From Hypanus sabinus (taxonomy: Eukaryota): 64,000 nucleotides of DNA. The notes below the pieces were generated by a model. It ran no database searches. It was given only the letters and a program-made list of their open reading frames with translations, and was not told the DNA's origin. A program made the position numbers and the translations under genes. Each line of letters begins with the position of its first letter. Position 1 is the stretch's first letter. Below are positions 37,138 to 49,320 of the stretch, piece by piece. Where the stretch lies: the NCBI RefSeq assembly GCF_030144855.1, contig NC_082715.1, forward strand, positions 146,258,001-146,322,000, read 5' to 3'.

Positions 37138-38053
37138 ACTATGTGTTATGTGGAAGATTTTTCGGAGAGAGGATATCTTTCTATTTTAAGTTTTAACCTA
37201 TGAAGCTGGGTTATAACTTTTTATTTTTTGATCTATGGGTCCGGTTTTTTTTTTACTAGCATCATTGTTTATAGATGTTCTTTTTAATTTTGATAATATC
37301 CTTTTTTTTTCTTTCTGTTTTGGTTATATACGTTTATATTTTGCAATAATGATTTACCTTATTTTTAAGATGTCGTTTCTTTTTCCCGTAAGATTCTGTT
37401 TTTTACAAGCATTTATCTGTTTGCCTGTACTCAGATATGGGACGAATGTTTTGGATTTTTGGTTTTTTTATATATATATTGCACTGTTTATTATATCCCT
37501 TTTTTTAAATATTATTTTGTCTTTTAACAGATTGCTGAACTCACATTTGTATTTAGTAATATGGCTTTTTCAAAATGGCGTTTCTTCTTCCCATAAGTCT
37601 TTGCTTTTGAAACGTCATCTTGTATTTGAATATGGGATTTTTTTTTAAAGGTATATTACACTTTTAAATTTTGACGTTTATACTTTTTTTATTAATGATT
37701 GTTGTATTATATTAGTTTTCTTTTATTCTGATTGATATATATATATATATTTTTTGCAACTATATCTTAATTTGGGTGTTATATAGTTTTCTTTTAATCT
37801 TTTTTATAGAGCTGCCATCTTGAAATGGGGGTAATATTAGTATTAGATTATGCGCCTGCCGCTTGGCTTTTTTTCGAAGGGTGGGGGGAGGGGGTAGGGA
37901 TCTTTTTTCACGCTTTTGCTTTTTATTTTTTTGCTTTTAGTTTATGGGCCGACTTTAAACTATTAATATTGTTGAGGTGTCATGTTCTCCGGTTGCTCCT
38001 GAATCAATTTTCCTCCTTCCTGAATTGTGGGTTATGTGTCTTTCTAACCTTTT

Positions 38054-41000
38054 ATGATACACACAATTAATATTGGTATGATGGATAGATCTGTTAACTT
38101 TATCTCCTGGAATACTAATGGTTTAAATCATCCGATTAAACGTAAAAAAATATTTAAAGTATTCCATAGACTGAATGCTAATATTATCTTTGCACAGGAG
38201 ACCCATATCAGGAGGGAGGATAATCAACGTTTTTTTCGGTTCTGGAAGGGTCAACAATTTCATTCGAATTGTACCGCTAAAATTAGGGGTGTGTCTATTT
38301 TTATAGATCCCTCAATATCGTTTACACATCATGAAATTATCTCTGACCCACAGGGTAGATTTTTGTTGATAACTGGCTTACTTTTCCATCGGAAAGTTGT
38401 TCTAGTTAATATTTATGCTCCAAACTTTGACTGCCCTGAATTTTTTAAATGTTTATTTACCTCTCTTCCTAATCTAAATGAATATATGTTGATAATGGGT
38501 GGAGATTTTAATTGTTGTTTGAATCCTTTGATGGATAGATCTAAACCTATTCGTACTCTTCCGAATAGATCAGCCCTACTTATTAATTCATTTATGGTTG
38601 ACTCGGGAATTACAGAAATATGGCGGTTTTTGAACCCTAAAGATAAAGAATTTTCATTTTTTTCGCATGTATATCATAGCTATTCTAGAATTGACTATTT
38701 TCTTATTGATCATCGGTTATTAACGGATGTTATTGATTGTAAATATGATTCTATCACTATTTCGGATCATGCACCTTTGAAGTTATCTATTAAGATTTCG
38801 GACTATTCCAATAATATCAGATCTTGGAGGCTTAACGCTACTTTGCTTCAAGACCCAGAATTTATTACTTATATAAAACAGCAAATTGACTTGTTCTTCT
38901 CTACAAACTGTACTGAAGAAATCGACAGAGGAATACTTTGGGACTCTTTTAAGGCTTTTATTCGTGGTCAAATTATCTCATATTCTGCTGGTAAAAGAAA
39001 ACAAAGATATTTAGATATTGCTTTATTGGTGGTTAAAATCAAGGAAATTGATAAGATTTATTCCGTGACTCCTACCAAAGAACTTTATAAGAAGAGAGTT
39101 GAGCTTCAAATGGAACATAGTTTACTATTATCCTCTTCAATTGAAAATCAATTAATTAGGACCAGGGCTCAATTTTATATTCATAGTGACCGTACTGGTA
39201 AACTGTTAGCTAATCAATTAAAGGCTATCTCGACTAAGCGACAAATTATTAAAATTCGCATATCAGACGGTAATTTAACTACTGATCATAAAGAAATTAA
39301 TAATACCTTTCAAGATTTTTATAAATCTTTATATCATTCAGAATTTGATGGTGACCAGTCCATGATAGATAATTTTTTTAACAATTTGAATATTCCTAAA
39401 CTGACTGATGAAGATTATAGCCTGTTAGATGCTCCTATTTCTATGGTGGAAATAGGAGAGGCTATCTCATCAATGAATTCAGGGAAAGCTCCTGGTCCTG
39501 ATGGTTATATAGTAGAATTTTTTAAAACTTTTTCTTCTTTGCTTTCTCATTGGTTATGTGAAATTTTTAATGATGCGTTTGCTAAGAAGAGATTACCTCA
39601 ATCTTTTTATGAAGCTAATATTTCTCTAATTCTTAAAAAAGATAAAGATCCTACTTTATGTACATCTTATCGCCCTATATCACTATTAAATGTAGATTCT
39701 AAGATTCTTACAAAAATTTTAGCTATTAGATTAGAAAAAGTACTATCTCAGATTATTTCAGAAGATCAAACTGGTTTTATGAGGAATCGGTATTCCTTTT
39801 TTAATGTTAGAAAATTGATTAATATAATTCATACTTCACCACCCACAATCCCAGAATGTGTTATCTCATTAGATGCTGAAAAAGCTTTTGATAGAGTTGA
39901 ATGGATATATTTATTTAATACATTGAGAAATTTTAATTTTAGTCCTAACTTTATATCATGGATTAAATTAATATATCATAAACCTGTTGCTTCTGTTTTT
40001 ACAAATAACTATAGATCCTCTTTTTTTCAATTATCTCGTGGTACGAGACAAGGCTGTCCCTTAAGTCCTTTATTATTTAATATTGCATTAGAACCTTTAG
40101 CTATTGCTATTCGTGAATCTCTTAATATTTTTGGTATTACCCGTAATGAGAAGTTATACAAATTATCTCTTTATGCTGATGATTTGCTGTTATATATTTC
40201 TGACCCTGATAGGTCTATTCCTGCTATTTTATCCTTGTTGGTTCAATTTGGTACTTTTTCTGGTTATAAACTAAATTTAGATAAGAGTGAATTATTTCCT
40301 TTAAACGCACAAACTTTATTGAGTGATAGGATACCATTTAAAGTTGTTACTGATAACTTTACCTATTTAGGTATAAAAATTACCAAGAAATATAAAGATT
40401 TATTTAGACTGAATTTTTTACCTATGCTTCATCAAATTCATCAACTTACTACAAGATGGTCTCCTTTGTTTTTATCATTAATTGGTCGGATTAATGCTAT
40501 TAAAATGATGATTTTACCGAAATTTTTATACTTATTTCAAGCCCTACCAGTTTTTATTCCTAAATCTTTTTTTGATAACATTGATTCAAAAATTTCCTCA
40601 TTTGTGTGGCAAAATAAAAACCCTAGGTTAAATAAAAAGCAATTACAAAAATCAAAAAAAGATGGTGGTTTAGCTTTACCCAATTTTAGATTTTATTATT
40701 GGGCAAATAATATTCGTAATTTATTGTATTGGAAACTAGATTTGGATTCACCACTGTGCCCACAGTGGGTAAATTTGGAATGTAATGAGGTAAAGGGATA
40801 TTCTCTATTCTCTGTTCTTGGTTCTTGTCTTCCTGTGGATTTAGTTAAATTTAATAAACAAATATCTAATCCTGTTGTTAAACATACATTACGAATTTCG
40901 TTTCAATTTCCTAAGTTTTTTACTTTGAAAAACTTTGTTCTTGATAGCTCTATCTTACTTAATTTCTTTTTCAAACCCTCTTGGACAGATCAAGCTTTTA

Positions 41001-41101
41001 ACATATGGAAAAGGAAAGGTATAAAATGTTTTCGTGATCTCTTTTTTGAAGATACTTTGATGTCATTTGATCAACTTTCCAACAAATTTGAATTATCTTA
41101 A
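38054..41101 (+). CDS. L1 ORF2p (endonuclease + reverse transcriptase), prematurely stopped
   Basis: SWNTNG, QETH, GGDFN, SDH (EN); LDAEKAFD, GTRQGCPLSP, YADD (RT); TAA at 41099-41101 followed by in-frame continuation. Confidence 0.95.
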   Translation: MIHTINIGMMDRSVNFISWNTNGLNHPIKRKKIFKVFHRLNANIIFAQETHIRREDNQRFFRFWKGQQFHSNCTAKIRGVSIFIDPSISFTHHEIISDPQGRFLLITGLLFHRKVVLVNIYAPNFDCPEFFKCLFTSLPNLNEYMLIMGGDFNCCLNPLMDRSKPIRTLPNRSALLINSFMVDSGITEIWRFLNPKDKEFSFFSHVYHSYSRIDYFLIDHRLLTDVIDCKYDSITISDHAPLKLSIKISDYSNNIRSWRLNATLLQDPEFITYIKQQIDLFFSTNCTEEIDRGILWDSFKAFIRGQIISYSAGKRKQRYLDIALLVVKIKEIDKIYSVTPTKELYKKRVELQMEHSLLLSSSIENQLIRTRAQFYIHSDRTGKLLANQLKAISTKRQIIKIRISDGNLTTDHKEINNTFQDFYKSLYHSEFDGDQSMIDNFFNNLNIPKLTDEDYSLLDAPISMVEIGEAISSMNSGKAPGPDGYIVEFFKTFSSLLSHWLCEIFNDAFAKKRLPQSFYEANISLILKKDKDPTLCTSYRPISLLNVDSKILTKILAIRLEKVLSQIISEDQTGFMRNRYSFFNVRKLINIIHTSPPTIPECVISLDAEKAFDRVEWIYLFNTLRNFNFSPNFISWIKLIYHKPVASVFTNNYRSSFFQLSRGTRQGCPLSPLLFNIALEPLAIAIRESLNIFGITRNEKLYKLSLYADDLLLYISDPDRSIPAILSLLVQFGTFSGYKLNLDKSELFPLNAQTLLSDRIPFKVVTDNFTYLGIKITKKYKDLFRLNFLPMLHQIHQLTTRWSPLFLSLIGRINAIKMMILPKFLYLFQALPVFIPKSFFDNIDSKISSFVWQNKNPRLNKKQLQKSKKDGGLALPNFRFYYWANNIRNLLYWKLDLDSPLCPQWVNLECNEVKGYSLFSVLGSCLPVDLVKFNKQISNPVVKHTLRISFQFPKFFTLKNFVLDSSILLNFFFKPSWTDQAFNIWKRKGIKCFRDLFFEDTLMSFDQLSNKFELS

Positions 41102-42595
41102 TCTAATTTTTTCAGATATTTACAAATTAGAAATTTCTTACATAAAGTTTTACCATCTTTTCCTAATTCAACTTTGGAGGACATTACAGATTTGATTTTT
41201 ACATTAAATCCTTGTCAGAAGGGATTAGTAGCTTTTATTTATAATATGATTATGAAGATACAACCAGAAATATCAGTTAGAATTAAACAAGAATGGGAAA
41301 AAGAACTTCGAGATAACATATCAATACATAAATGGGAAAAAATTTTGCAAATGGTTAATTCCTCTTCTATATGTGCTAAACATGCTTTAATACAATTTAA
41401 AATTGTACATAGAGCTCATATGTCTAAAGATAAATGTAACGTTCTCCTTCGGGTGTAACGAAACGCCGAATTTAACGTCCGGATAAACCACAGCCAATGC
41501 AAACCAGATCGCAGTAAGATTAACCATTTACTGTTCACTCTTCACATTAACATATGGTGAAAACTGTTGATAAAACAATACAGGATTGATACAGTATTTG
41601 TTCCTTCCTTAATATCACATTTCAAGTGTAAATACTTGCAAAGGTGACTATAACTACATTACACTAAGGTGCAGTATACAGGGAGAGTTTACCTGCTCCA
41701 TTGACTACTTTAAATACACTTCCATGCAAACTATCCGCGACTCTTTAACTAACGAAAGCATAAACATTATCTACCGTCGTTACTTCTAACAGGATCAGCA
41801 TTAACATCTTAGTTCAATATATCGATTATCTATTAACTTACAGCGTTGCTCTCACTGTGATTTCTCATGCCTGCAAAACTGCTTGTGCTCAGGTGAGCCT
41901 CGTGGAAAGCCCCCACCCTCGCGCTAATTTCAAACCGGTGTTTTCCCACAAGACGCAGCGAAACCGGATGTGACGTCATCGCATGCCGATATATTTTACA
42001 TGCAATGAATATACTTTAAACACTTCTAATTCTAACTAGAAAATACTATTGAATGAATTACTAAGCGAAAATATTATAAACTAAATAACTGTCGTAAAGA
42101 CAGCACACTAAACATGCTTTAGTACAATTTAAAATTGTACATAGAGCTCATATGTCTAAAGATAAACTTGCTCGATTCTATTCTCATATTAACCCTCAAT
42201 GTGACAGATGTCATTCAGAAGTGGCCTCATTGACCCATATGTTCTGATCATGTCCCACTTTACATAATTATTGGAAGGACATATTTACTACTATTTCCTC
42301 AATTTGGAATATAGATTTACAACCTCATTTTATTACTGCAATTTTTGGCATACCAAATGAAGATGGTAATCAGTTTTCCCCTTCAATCAGACGACTGATT
42401 GCTTTTGTAACATTAATGGCCAGAAGGTCTATATTACAAAATTGGAAAGAAGTAAATCCTCCTACCACATTTGATTGGCTTTCTCAAACTATTTCTTATC
42501 TGAGTTTGGAAAAAATTAGGAGCACTATTTTTGACTCATCAATTAAATTTGAAGAAACTTGGAGACCGTTTATTCGACATTTTCATATGAATTAA
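41102..42595 (+). pseudogene. Disrupted L1 ORF2 C-terminus with CCHC knuckle
   Basis: In frame 41102-41434, interrupted by insertion, resumes at 42167: LARFYSHINPQCDRCHSEVASLTHMF*SC (TGA 42245-42247); ends TAA 42593-42595. Confidence 0.9.
41435..42107 (-). mobile_element. 673-bp solo-LTR-like insertion in L1 ORF2
   Basis: Termini TGT...ACA; AGTAAA poly(A)-like signal on - strand near the left end; flanked by a 59-bp direct duplication. Confidence 0.7.
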
Positions 42596-43164
42596 TTTGG
42601 CCTTTTCCAGACCTTCTTTCTGCTTATTCATGTTCAGGTATGGAGTTCCGGAGTTCTTTGACACTATCATATACTTGTAAACTGTTATTATCGCCCATGT
42701 TAGTTTAGTTTAGTGTTTTATTTTTTTTAATATATACTTTTTTTTCACATATTTTCAATTTTTTTTTCTTTTTTAATGGTTATTTTTGTTTTTTTTTCAT
42801 ATAATCATATGGACTTGATTGATTAAGGTATTTTCTTCTGTTGATGTTTAGTAGGATATTGTTATCTTATTATCAATGTGATTTCAAGTCTATTGTATTC
42901 ATAATTTACTTATTATTATGTTATTTTTTTTGTGTATATATGAAAATCAATAAAAAGATTGAAAAAGAAAGAAGACGATAGATAGTTCCTTCTGTTGGCG
43001 TGGCAAGGCTCCGGTCTCACTCCGGCGGCTGAACTTGACGAGGACGCAGGCGAGGTTGCCGGCATGGCTTCAGGCGTGGGTAGCAGGCAGGGCTACAGGC
43101 ATAGGTTGCAGGCCAGGCTTCAGAGGGAGGGAAGGGAACAATCTAGCCTCAGAAGAAGGCAAAG

Positions 43165-43428
43165 ACCAACCACCTCTGTACAAAAATTTGGCATGATCAA
43201 TCATAGCCGTGGATGAGACCATGATCACCTACTTCAAGGAAAACTGCATATAATACTGATGTGTTGTTTATGTGAATTAGACATGGAAGTTAAAGCTTTA
43301 TTTTTTACTAGTCTTAGCTTTGAAGAGCATTTACTGAGCAGCGAGAATAATTTGCAGGTATTAATAACAGTCAAAACATCGCACATGGTAAAGTTACAAT
43401 GTATATAATTTAGGGACGTGAGAAGGAA
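43165..43428 (+). repeat. Remnant of the 5' part of the + cluster J-C intron; partners ~21095-21330 and ~52895-53150
   Basis: Shared CAGCGAGAATAATTT, ATCGCACATGGTAAA and GACGTGAG in the same order. Confidence 0.75.
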
Positions 43429-43430
43429 CG

Positions 43431-46400
43431 TGATGACTACACCTGTAAAAGGTGCATCCAGCTGCAGCTACTGACAAACCGTGTTAGGGAACTGGGGCTG
43501 GAGCTGGATGAACTTCTGATCATTCGGGAGGCAGAGGCAGAAATAAACAGGAGTTACAGGGAGATAGTCACCTCTAAGAGTCAGGAGACAGGTAACAGGG
43601 TGACTGTCAGGAGAGGGAAGGGAATTAGACAGAATGAGCAGAGCAACCCTGTGGCCGTTCCCACCAGTAATAAGTACATCATTTTGGATACTGTTGATAG
43701 GGCCGACCTGCCAGGGACAGGTTGCAATGGTTGCATCTCTGGCACCCAGACTGGACCCTCAGCTCAGAAGAGAAGGAGGGAAAAGAGGAGAGCAGTAGCG
43801 ATGGGGGATTCGATAGTTATGGGGACAGATAAGAGGTTCTGTGGAAGAGATCGAGAATCCCAGATGGCCTGTTGCCTCCCTGGTGCTAGGGTCCGCGATA
43901 TCTCGAATTGAATTCTCAGTAATGTCCAGAGGGAGGATGAGCAGCCGGATGTCGTGGTCCATGTTGGTAGTAAGAGTGTGCAGGTCCTGAAAGTTGAGTT
44001 TAGGGAGTTAGGCGACAAGTTAAAGGACAGGACCTCCAGGATAGCAATCTCAGGATTGCTACCAGTGCCACGTACAGGCGGGTTTAGAAATAGTAAGATA
44101 GTTGAAGACATGGTGCCGGAGGGAGGGCTTCAGATTTATAGATAATTGGGCAGATTTCCAAGGAAGGTGGGACCTGTCCCGGTGGGATGGTTTACATCTG
44201 AACTGGAGGGGGACAAATATTCTTGCAGGTAGGTTTGCTAGAGAGGCTCCAGTGGATTTAAACTAGATACAAGGGGGGTGGGGGGGGGGAGGGGAACCAG
44301 AGTCTAGGAACAGATGTCTGGGAAAAGGGAGAAAAAGAAGATAGTAAAGTTGTTTGCACCGTTAGAGATAAACAGAGGAAGAGGTGGAGAATTTCTTAAA
44401 TGCATTTATTTTAAGGCTAGGAGCATTGTAAGAAAGGTGGATGAGCTTAGAGCATTGATTGATACCTGGAAATATGATGTTGTAGCTATTAGTGAAACAT
44501 GGTTGCAGGAGGGGTGTGATTGGCAACTAAATAATCCTGGATTTCGTTGCTTCAGGTGTGATAGAATCGGAGGGACAAGAGGGGGTTCCATTGCTTGTCA
44601 GAGAAAATATTACAGCGGTGCTCTGGCAGGGTAGATTAGAGGGCTCGTCTAAGGCGGCTTTTTGGGTGGAATTGAGGAATGGGAAAGGTGTGGTAACATT
44701 TATAGGGGTGTATTATAGACCACCTAACGGGGAGCGAGAATTGGAGGAGAAAATTTGTAAGGAGATAGCAGATATTTCTAGTAAGCACAGGGTTGTGATT
44801 CTGGGAGCTCTTAGTTTTCTAGCCCATACTGTAAAAGGACTGGATAGTTTGGGGTTTGTAAAATGTGTGCAGGATAGTTTTTTGCAGCAACGCATAGAGG
44901 TACCAACTAGAGAAGGGAAAGTGTTGGATCTCCTGTTAGGGAATGAGATAGGACAGGCGACGGAGGTATGTGTTGGGGAGCTCTTCTGGTCCAGTGATCA
45001 CAATTTCATTAGTTTCAATATAATTATGGAGAAGGATATGACTGGACCCAGAGTTGAGATTTTGATTAGAGAAAGGCTAACTTTGAGGAGATGCGAAAAG
45101 ATTTAGAAGGAAGGATTGGGTCAAATTGTTTTATGGTGAGAATGTAATAGAGAAATGGAGGTCATTTAAAGGTGAAACTTTGAGGGTACAGAATCTTAGA
45201 ATCTTAGCTTGAAAGGAAAGGTTAAAAGTTTGAGAGAGCCATTGTTTTCAAGAGATATTGGAAACTTGGTTCGGAAAAAGAGAGATATCTACAATAAATA
45301 TAGGCAGCATGGAGTAAATAAGGTGCTCGAAGAATATAAAGAATGTAAAAAGAATCTTAAAGAAATTAGGAAAGCTAAAAGAAGATACGATGTTGCTTTG
45401 GCAAGTAAGGTGAAAATAAATCCCAAGGGTTTAAACAGTTATATTAATAGCAAAAGGATAGTGAGGGATAAAATTGGTCCCTTAGAGAATCAACGAGGAC
45501 AGCTATGTATGGAACCAAAAGAGATGGGTTAGATTTTGAACAATTTCTTTTCTTCAGGATTCATTAAGGACAAGGATCTTGAATTGTTTAAGGGCAGGGA
45601 AACCAGTAGGGAAGCTAAGGAAACTGATGATTAAAGAATAGGAAGTACTGGCGCTTTTAACGAACATAAAAGTGGGTAAGTCTCCGGATCCTGACAGGAT
45701 ATTCCCTAGGACCTTGAGGGAAGTTAGTGTTGAAATAGCAGGGGCTCTGACAGAAATCTTGCAAATGTCATTAGAAACTGGGATGGTAACGGAGGATTGG
45801 CGTATTGCTCCTGTTGTTCCATTGTTTCAAAAGGGTTCTAAGAGTAAACCTAGCAATTATAGGCCTGTCAGTTTGACGTCAGTGGTGGGCAAATTAATGG
45901 AAAGTATTCTTAGATATGGTATATATAATTATCTGGATAGACAGGGTCTGATTAGGAACAGTCAACATGGATTTGTGCCTGGAAGATCACGTTTGACAAA
46001 TCTTATTGAATTTTTTGAAGTGTTTATTAAGAAAGTTGACAAGGGTAAAGCAGTGGATGTTGTCTATATGGATTTCAGTAAGGCCTTTGACAAGGTTCCG
46101 CAAGGAAGGTTAGTTAGGAAGGTTCAATCGTTAGGTATTAATATTGAAGTACTAAAATGGATTCAACAGTGGCTGGATGGGAAATGCCAGAGAGTAGTGG
46201 TGGATAACTGTTTGTCAGGTTGGAGGCCGGTGACTAGTGCTGTGCCTCACTGATCTGTACTGGGTCCAATGTTGTTTGTCATATACATTAATGATCTGGA
46301 TGATGGGGTGGTAAATTAGATTAGTAAGTATGCAGATGATACTAAGGTACGTGGCGTTGTGGATAATGAAGTAGGTTTTTAAATCTTGCAGAGAGATTTA

Positions 46401-46950
46401 GGCCAGTTAGAAGAGTGGGCTGAAAGATGGCAGATGGAGTTTAATGCTGATAAGTGTGAGGTGCGACATGTTGGTAGGAATAATCAAAATAGGACATATA
46501 TGGTAAATGGTAGGGTATAGAAGAATACAGTAGAACAGAGTGATCTAAGAATAATGGTGCATAGTTCCCTGAAGAAAGTTTTTGGTATGCTGCCTTTATA
46601 AATCAGAGCATTGAGTATAGGGGTTGGGATGTAATGTTAAAATTGTACAAGGCATTTGTGAGGCCGAATTTGGAGTATTGTGTACAGTTCTGGTCACCGA
46701 ATTATAGGAAATATATCAACAAAATAGAGAGAGTACAGAGAGGATTTACTAGAATGTTATCTGGGGTTCAGCACCTAAGTTACGTCTTGATTCTTTGGAG
46801 CGTAGAGGTTTAAGGAGGGGGGCTTGTTAGAGGTATTTAAAATTATGAGGGGAATAGATGGAGTTGACGTGGATGGGCTTTTTCCATTGAGAGTAGGGAA
46901 GATTCAAACAAGGGGACATGAGTTGAGAGTTAAGGGGCAAAAGTTTAGTT
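43431..46950 (+). mobile_element. Long degenerate CR1 LINE (ORF1 esterase region, ORF2 EN + RT)
   Basis: GDSIV..TDKRFCG esterase motif (43600-43911); CIYFKARSI, ISETWL (44314); YYRPPN (44558); NYRPVSLTS, QHGF, YMDFSKAFDKVP (45672); many stops and frameshifts. Confidence 0.92.
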
Positions 46951-48174
46951 TCAATTTGCCCTCAGGTGGGTAAGAACAGTTCATGTATTTCACTGGAATT
47001 GAAAACGAAGAGCTTGACAATCAGGGTTTTTTAAATTCTTCGGGGGCGGAAAATATTAACTTGTCCCTTTGGTTTAAAGGAAATTAAAATTGAGGTTTGA
47101 TTTTTCAATAAAGATCCAATGTAAAATGACGATCGCCTCTTACACTTTTGAGCAAGTTCAAGTTACAGACATACGAAGGAACAACAATAGGAACAGGCTG
47201 AGCAGATCTCCGGTCTCCGGTTCCTGTCACGTCTCGACTCCCTGGAATCTCTTAAAGAACTTCCGATCGCAATTTACTTGGGCTTCAATAAAATTTCCAA
47301 AATAAAAAAAAAAACAACTAAGGATTGAAGTTGCATCGAGACAAGAATATTATCAATTTTTTTCAGTCCTGAATATCCAAACCTATTATCTGAACATCAC
47401 AACCTTCAGCTCTTCACAGAAAACGAGCAGGATGGGCTCGGCATCCAACCGGCCAAGCCCACAAAGATTTTTATATATTTCAATGGTATTTCCTCCCTTT
47501 TCATTTAAATGCCGTAGAATATAGCCCCTATATATTCATTCACATAAAAACGCACTTATTCTAGAAGCAAAATCTGCTGCACTTCATACAATCTCAGGAT
47601 CGCCCCAGACCCACCAATTTCGTCGCGTAGTTATTTGTCAGTCGTCCTCAGTTGAATGAGTTCCTGCATGACAGATGATTGTGCGTCTGTGTCTGCATGT
47701 GTGTACACTTATACGTGGGTCTGTGAACCATCAAATCACTACACAAGTTTTTAAATAATACCACGCAACTTTCATTGCTGATTTTTCCATCGAGGCAATA
47801 TCATTAAGGAGAGATTTAAATTTTATTCTGGACACGAAAAGAAAGTCATGAACGCATATTGCAAATCAGACTGGATCGTTAATGTTATTGGATAGCTGAG
47901 GCTCGAAGTCATCAGCCGTCTGGTAAGAATCAAGAATGCAACCTTCAGACCACGGTTTAATTGATGAATATTTGGGAATGCATTTAACTGCGATTAATTA
48001 ACATTGAAGTTTGAATTAACAATTATACTGATTTAATAGAATGACATTTAAAACTGACAAAACTTAAATGATGTCTCTGATCGCAAATACTTATCTGCAA
48101 AAGAATAATCATTTTATTCAAGGAAAACACGGAGAAAATAAGGTTTTCATCTTGATTAAGTTTGAAATACAATA

Positions 48175-48497
48175 TTAGATACACCTGGATCTCTCGATCG
48201 TTGCTACAAACGGGTTTGCTAGAGCCTCGTGTTTAACCACGCAGGAGTAACGCTCGTGTGAGCTCCATTCTGAGGCTGGCAGAGTCAGGTAACTGCTCAC
48301 ACTGAACGTGTTGTCCGTGTCCTGAAGGACAGGGCTCGTCTCAACGCCATCGCTTTTCGTACGTCTGTCCACGGTCCACTCAATGCCCACAGCTCCCGGA
48401 TTAAAACGGCTCACCAAACACACCAGTGTCGCTGTGCCTTTTCCTGTGATTTCTTCCGCTGAAGGCCGGAGGACGGAGACGGCGGGGCTCCGAGGAT
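48175..48497 (-). CDS. IGL: IgL gene 2, constant exon, lambda (type II/NS3)-like
   Basis: Acceptor TTAACCAG at 48499-48498; (N)PRSPAVSVLRPSAEEITGKGTATLVCLVSRFNPGAVGIEWTVD...DNTFSVSSYLTL...YSCVVKHEALANP...RSRCI*, recalled as close to shark lambda C; AATAAA 48113-48118. Confidence 0.93.
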
Positions 48498-48769
48498 CTG
48501 GTTAAAACAAGGTGCCAGTTTAGTACAGATTGAGAAACTGTTTTTGATAAAACATCCCTTTTATTTAAAGTGCATTTGGCATTTCATGCATTCATTCATC
48601 TCAATGAATAGATACTTCGTTTGCGCTTTCCCATTTCAATCTGTGAAATTGGACGTGAAAAATTTGCCCTCTGAAATCTCTCATGATGATTTGTGTTTTT
48701 GACACTGGGGCACAATATATTCAGTGACGTAAAATAAATGATATCCGCACGGGCTTTAACAAGTCTCCG

Positions 48770-49320
48770 ATGCATTGCATCCATTAGATTCAGGTACCAT
48801 TGAGAGCATACTCACCAACTGCATCTCAGTGTGGTATGGCAATTGTCCTGTTTCGGACCGCAAAGCACTGCAGCGGGTGGTGAAAACTGCCCAGCGGATT
48901 ATCGGCACCCAATTGCCCACCATTGAGAACATCTACCATAAACGCTGCCTGGGCAGAGCGAAAAGCATTACCAATTATGCATCTCACCCTAACCATGGAC
49001 TTTTTACTCTCCTCCCATCCAGTAGGCACTACAGGAGCCTCCGCTCCCGCACCAGCAGGCAAAGGACGAGCTTCTTTCCTGAGGCTGTGCCCCTGCTGAA
49101 CCTCACATCACAAGCGCTAAGCAGTATTACTCCCATATTGGACTATCTCAGTACTTTAATATTTGTATGCTGTAGCACTTAATTTTTATTCCCAGTTATC
49201 TTGTAAATAATACGACTCTTTTGCACTTCTGGTTAGATGCTAATTGCATTTCATTTGACTTTGTATTTGTACTCGGCACAACGACAATAAAGTTGAATCT
49301 AATCTAAACGAATCTAATTC
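48770..49320 (+). mobile_element. Rex1/Babar-type 3' fragment in the gene 2 J-C intron
   Basis: ORF 48775-49182 TIESILTNCISVWYG...RKALQRVVKTAQRIIG...SHPNHGLFTLLPS; AATAAA and GAATCTAA-type tail. Confidence 0.85.

Larger units (their letters stand above)
36074..42974 (+). mobile_element. Full-length L1-clade LINE with 16-bp TSD
   Basis: ACGATAGATAGTTCCT at 36058-36073 and 42975-42990; AATAAA 42949-42954 then GAAAAAGAAAGAAG tail; ORF1, ~0.9-kb spacer, ORF2. Confidence 0.97.
35711..43150 (-). mobile_element. LTR-like fragment (35711-36073 plus 42991-~43150) split by the full-length L1; 30-bp tandem repeat x3 at 35844-35933
   Basis: TGTCA terminus at 35711; composition and words resemble the reverse complement of the 33030 LTR; unit CTTGGACACGGAATGGAACCTCCACGGAGC. 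Confidence 0.55.
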
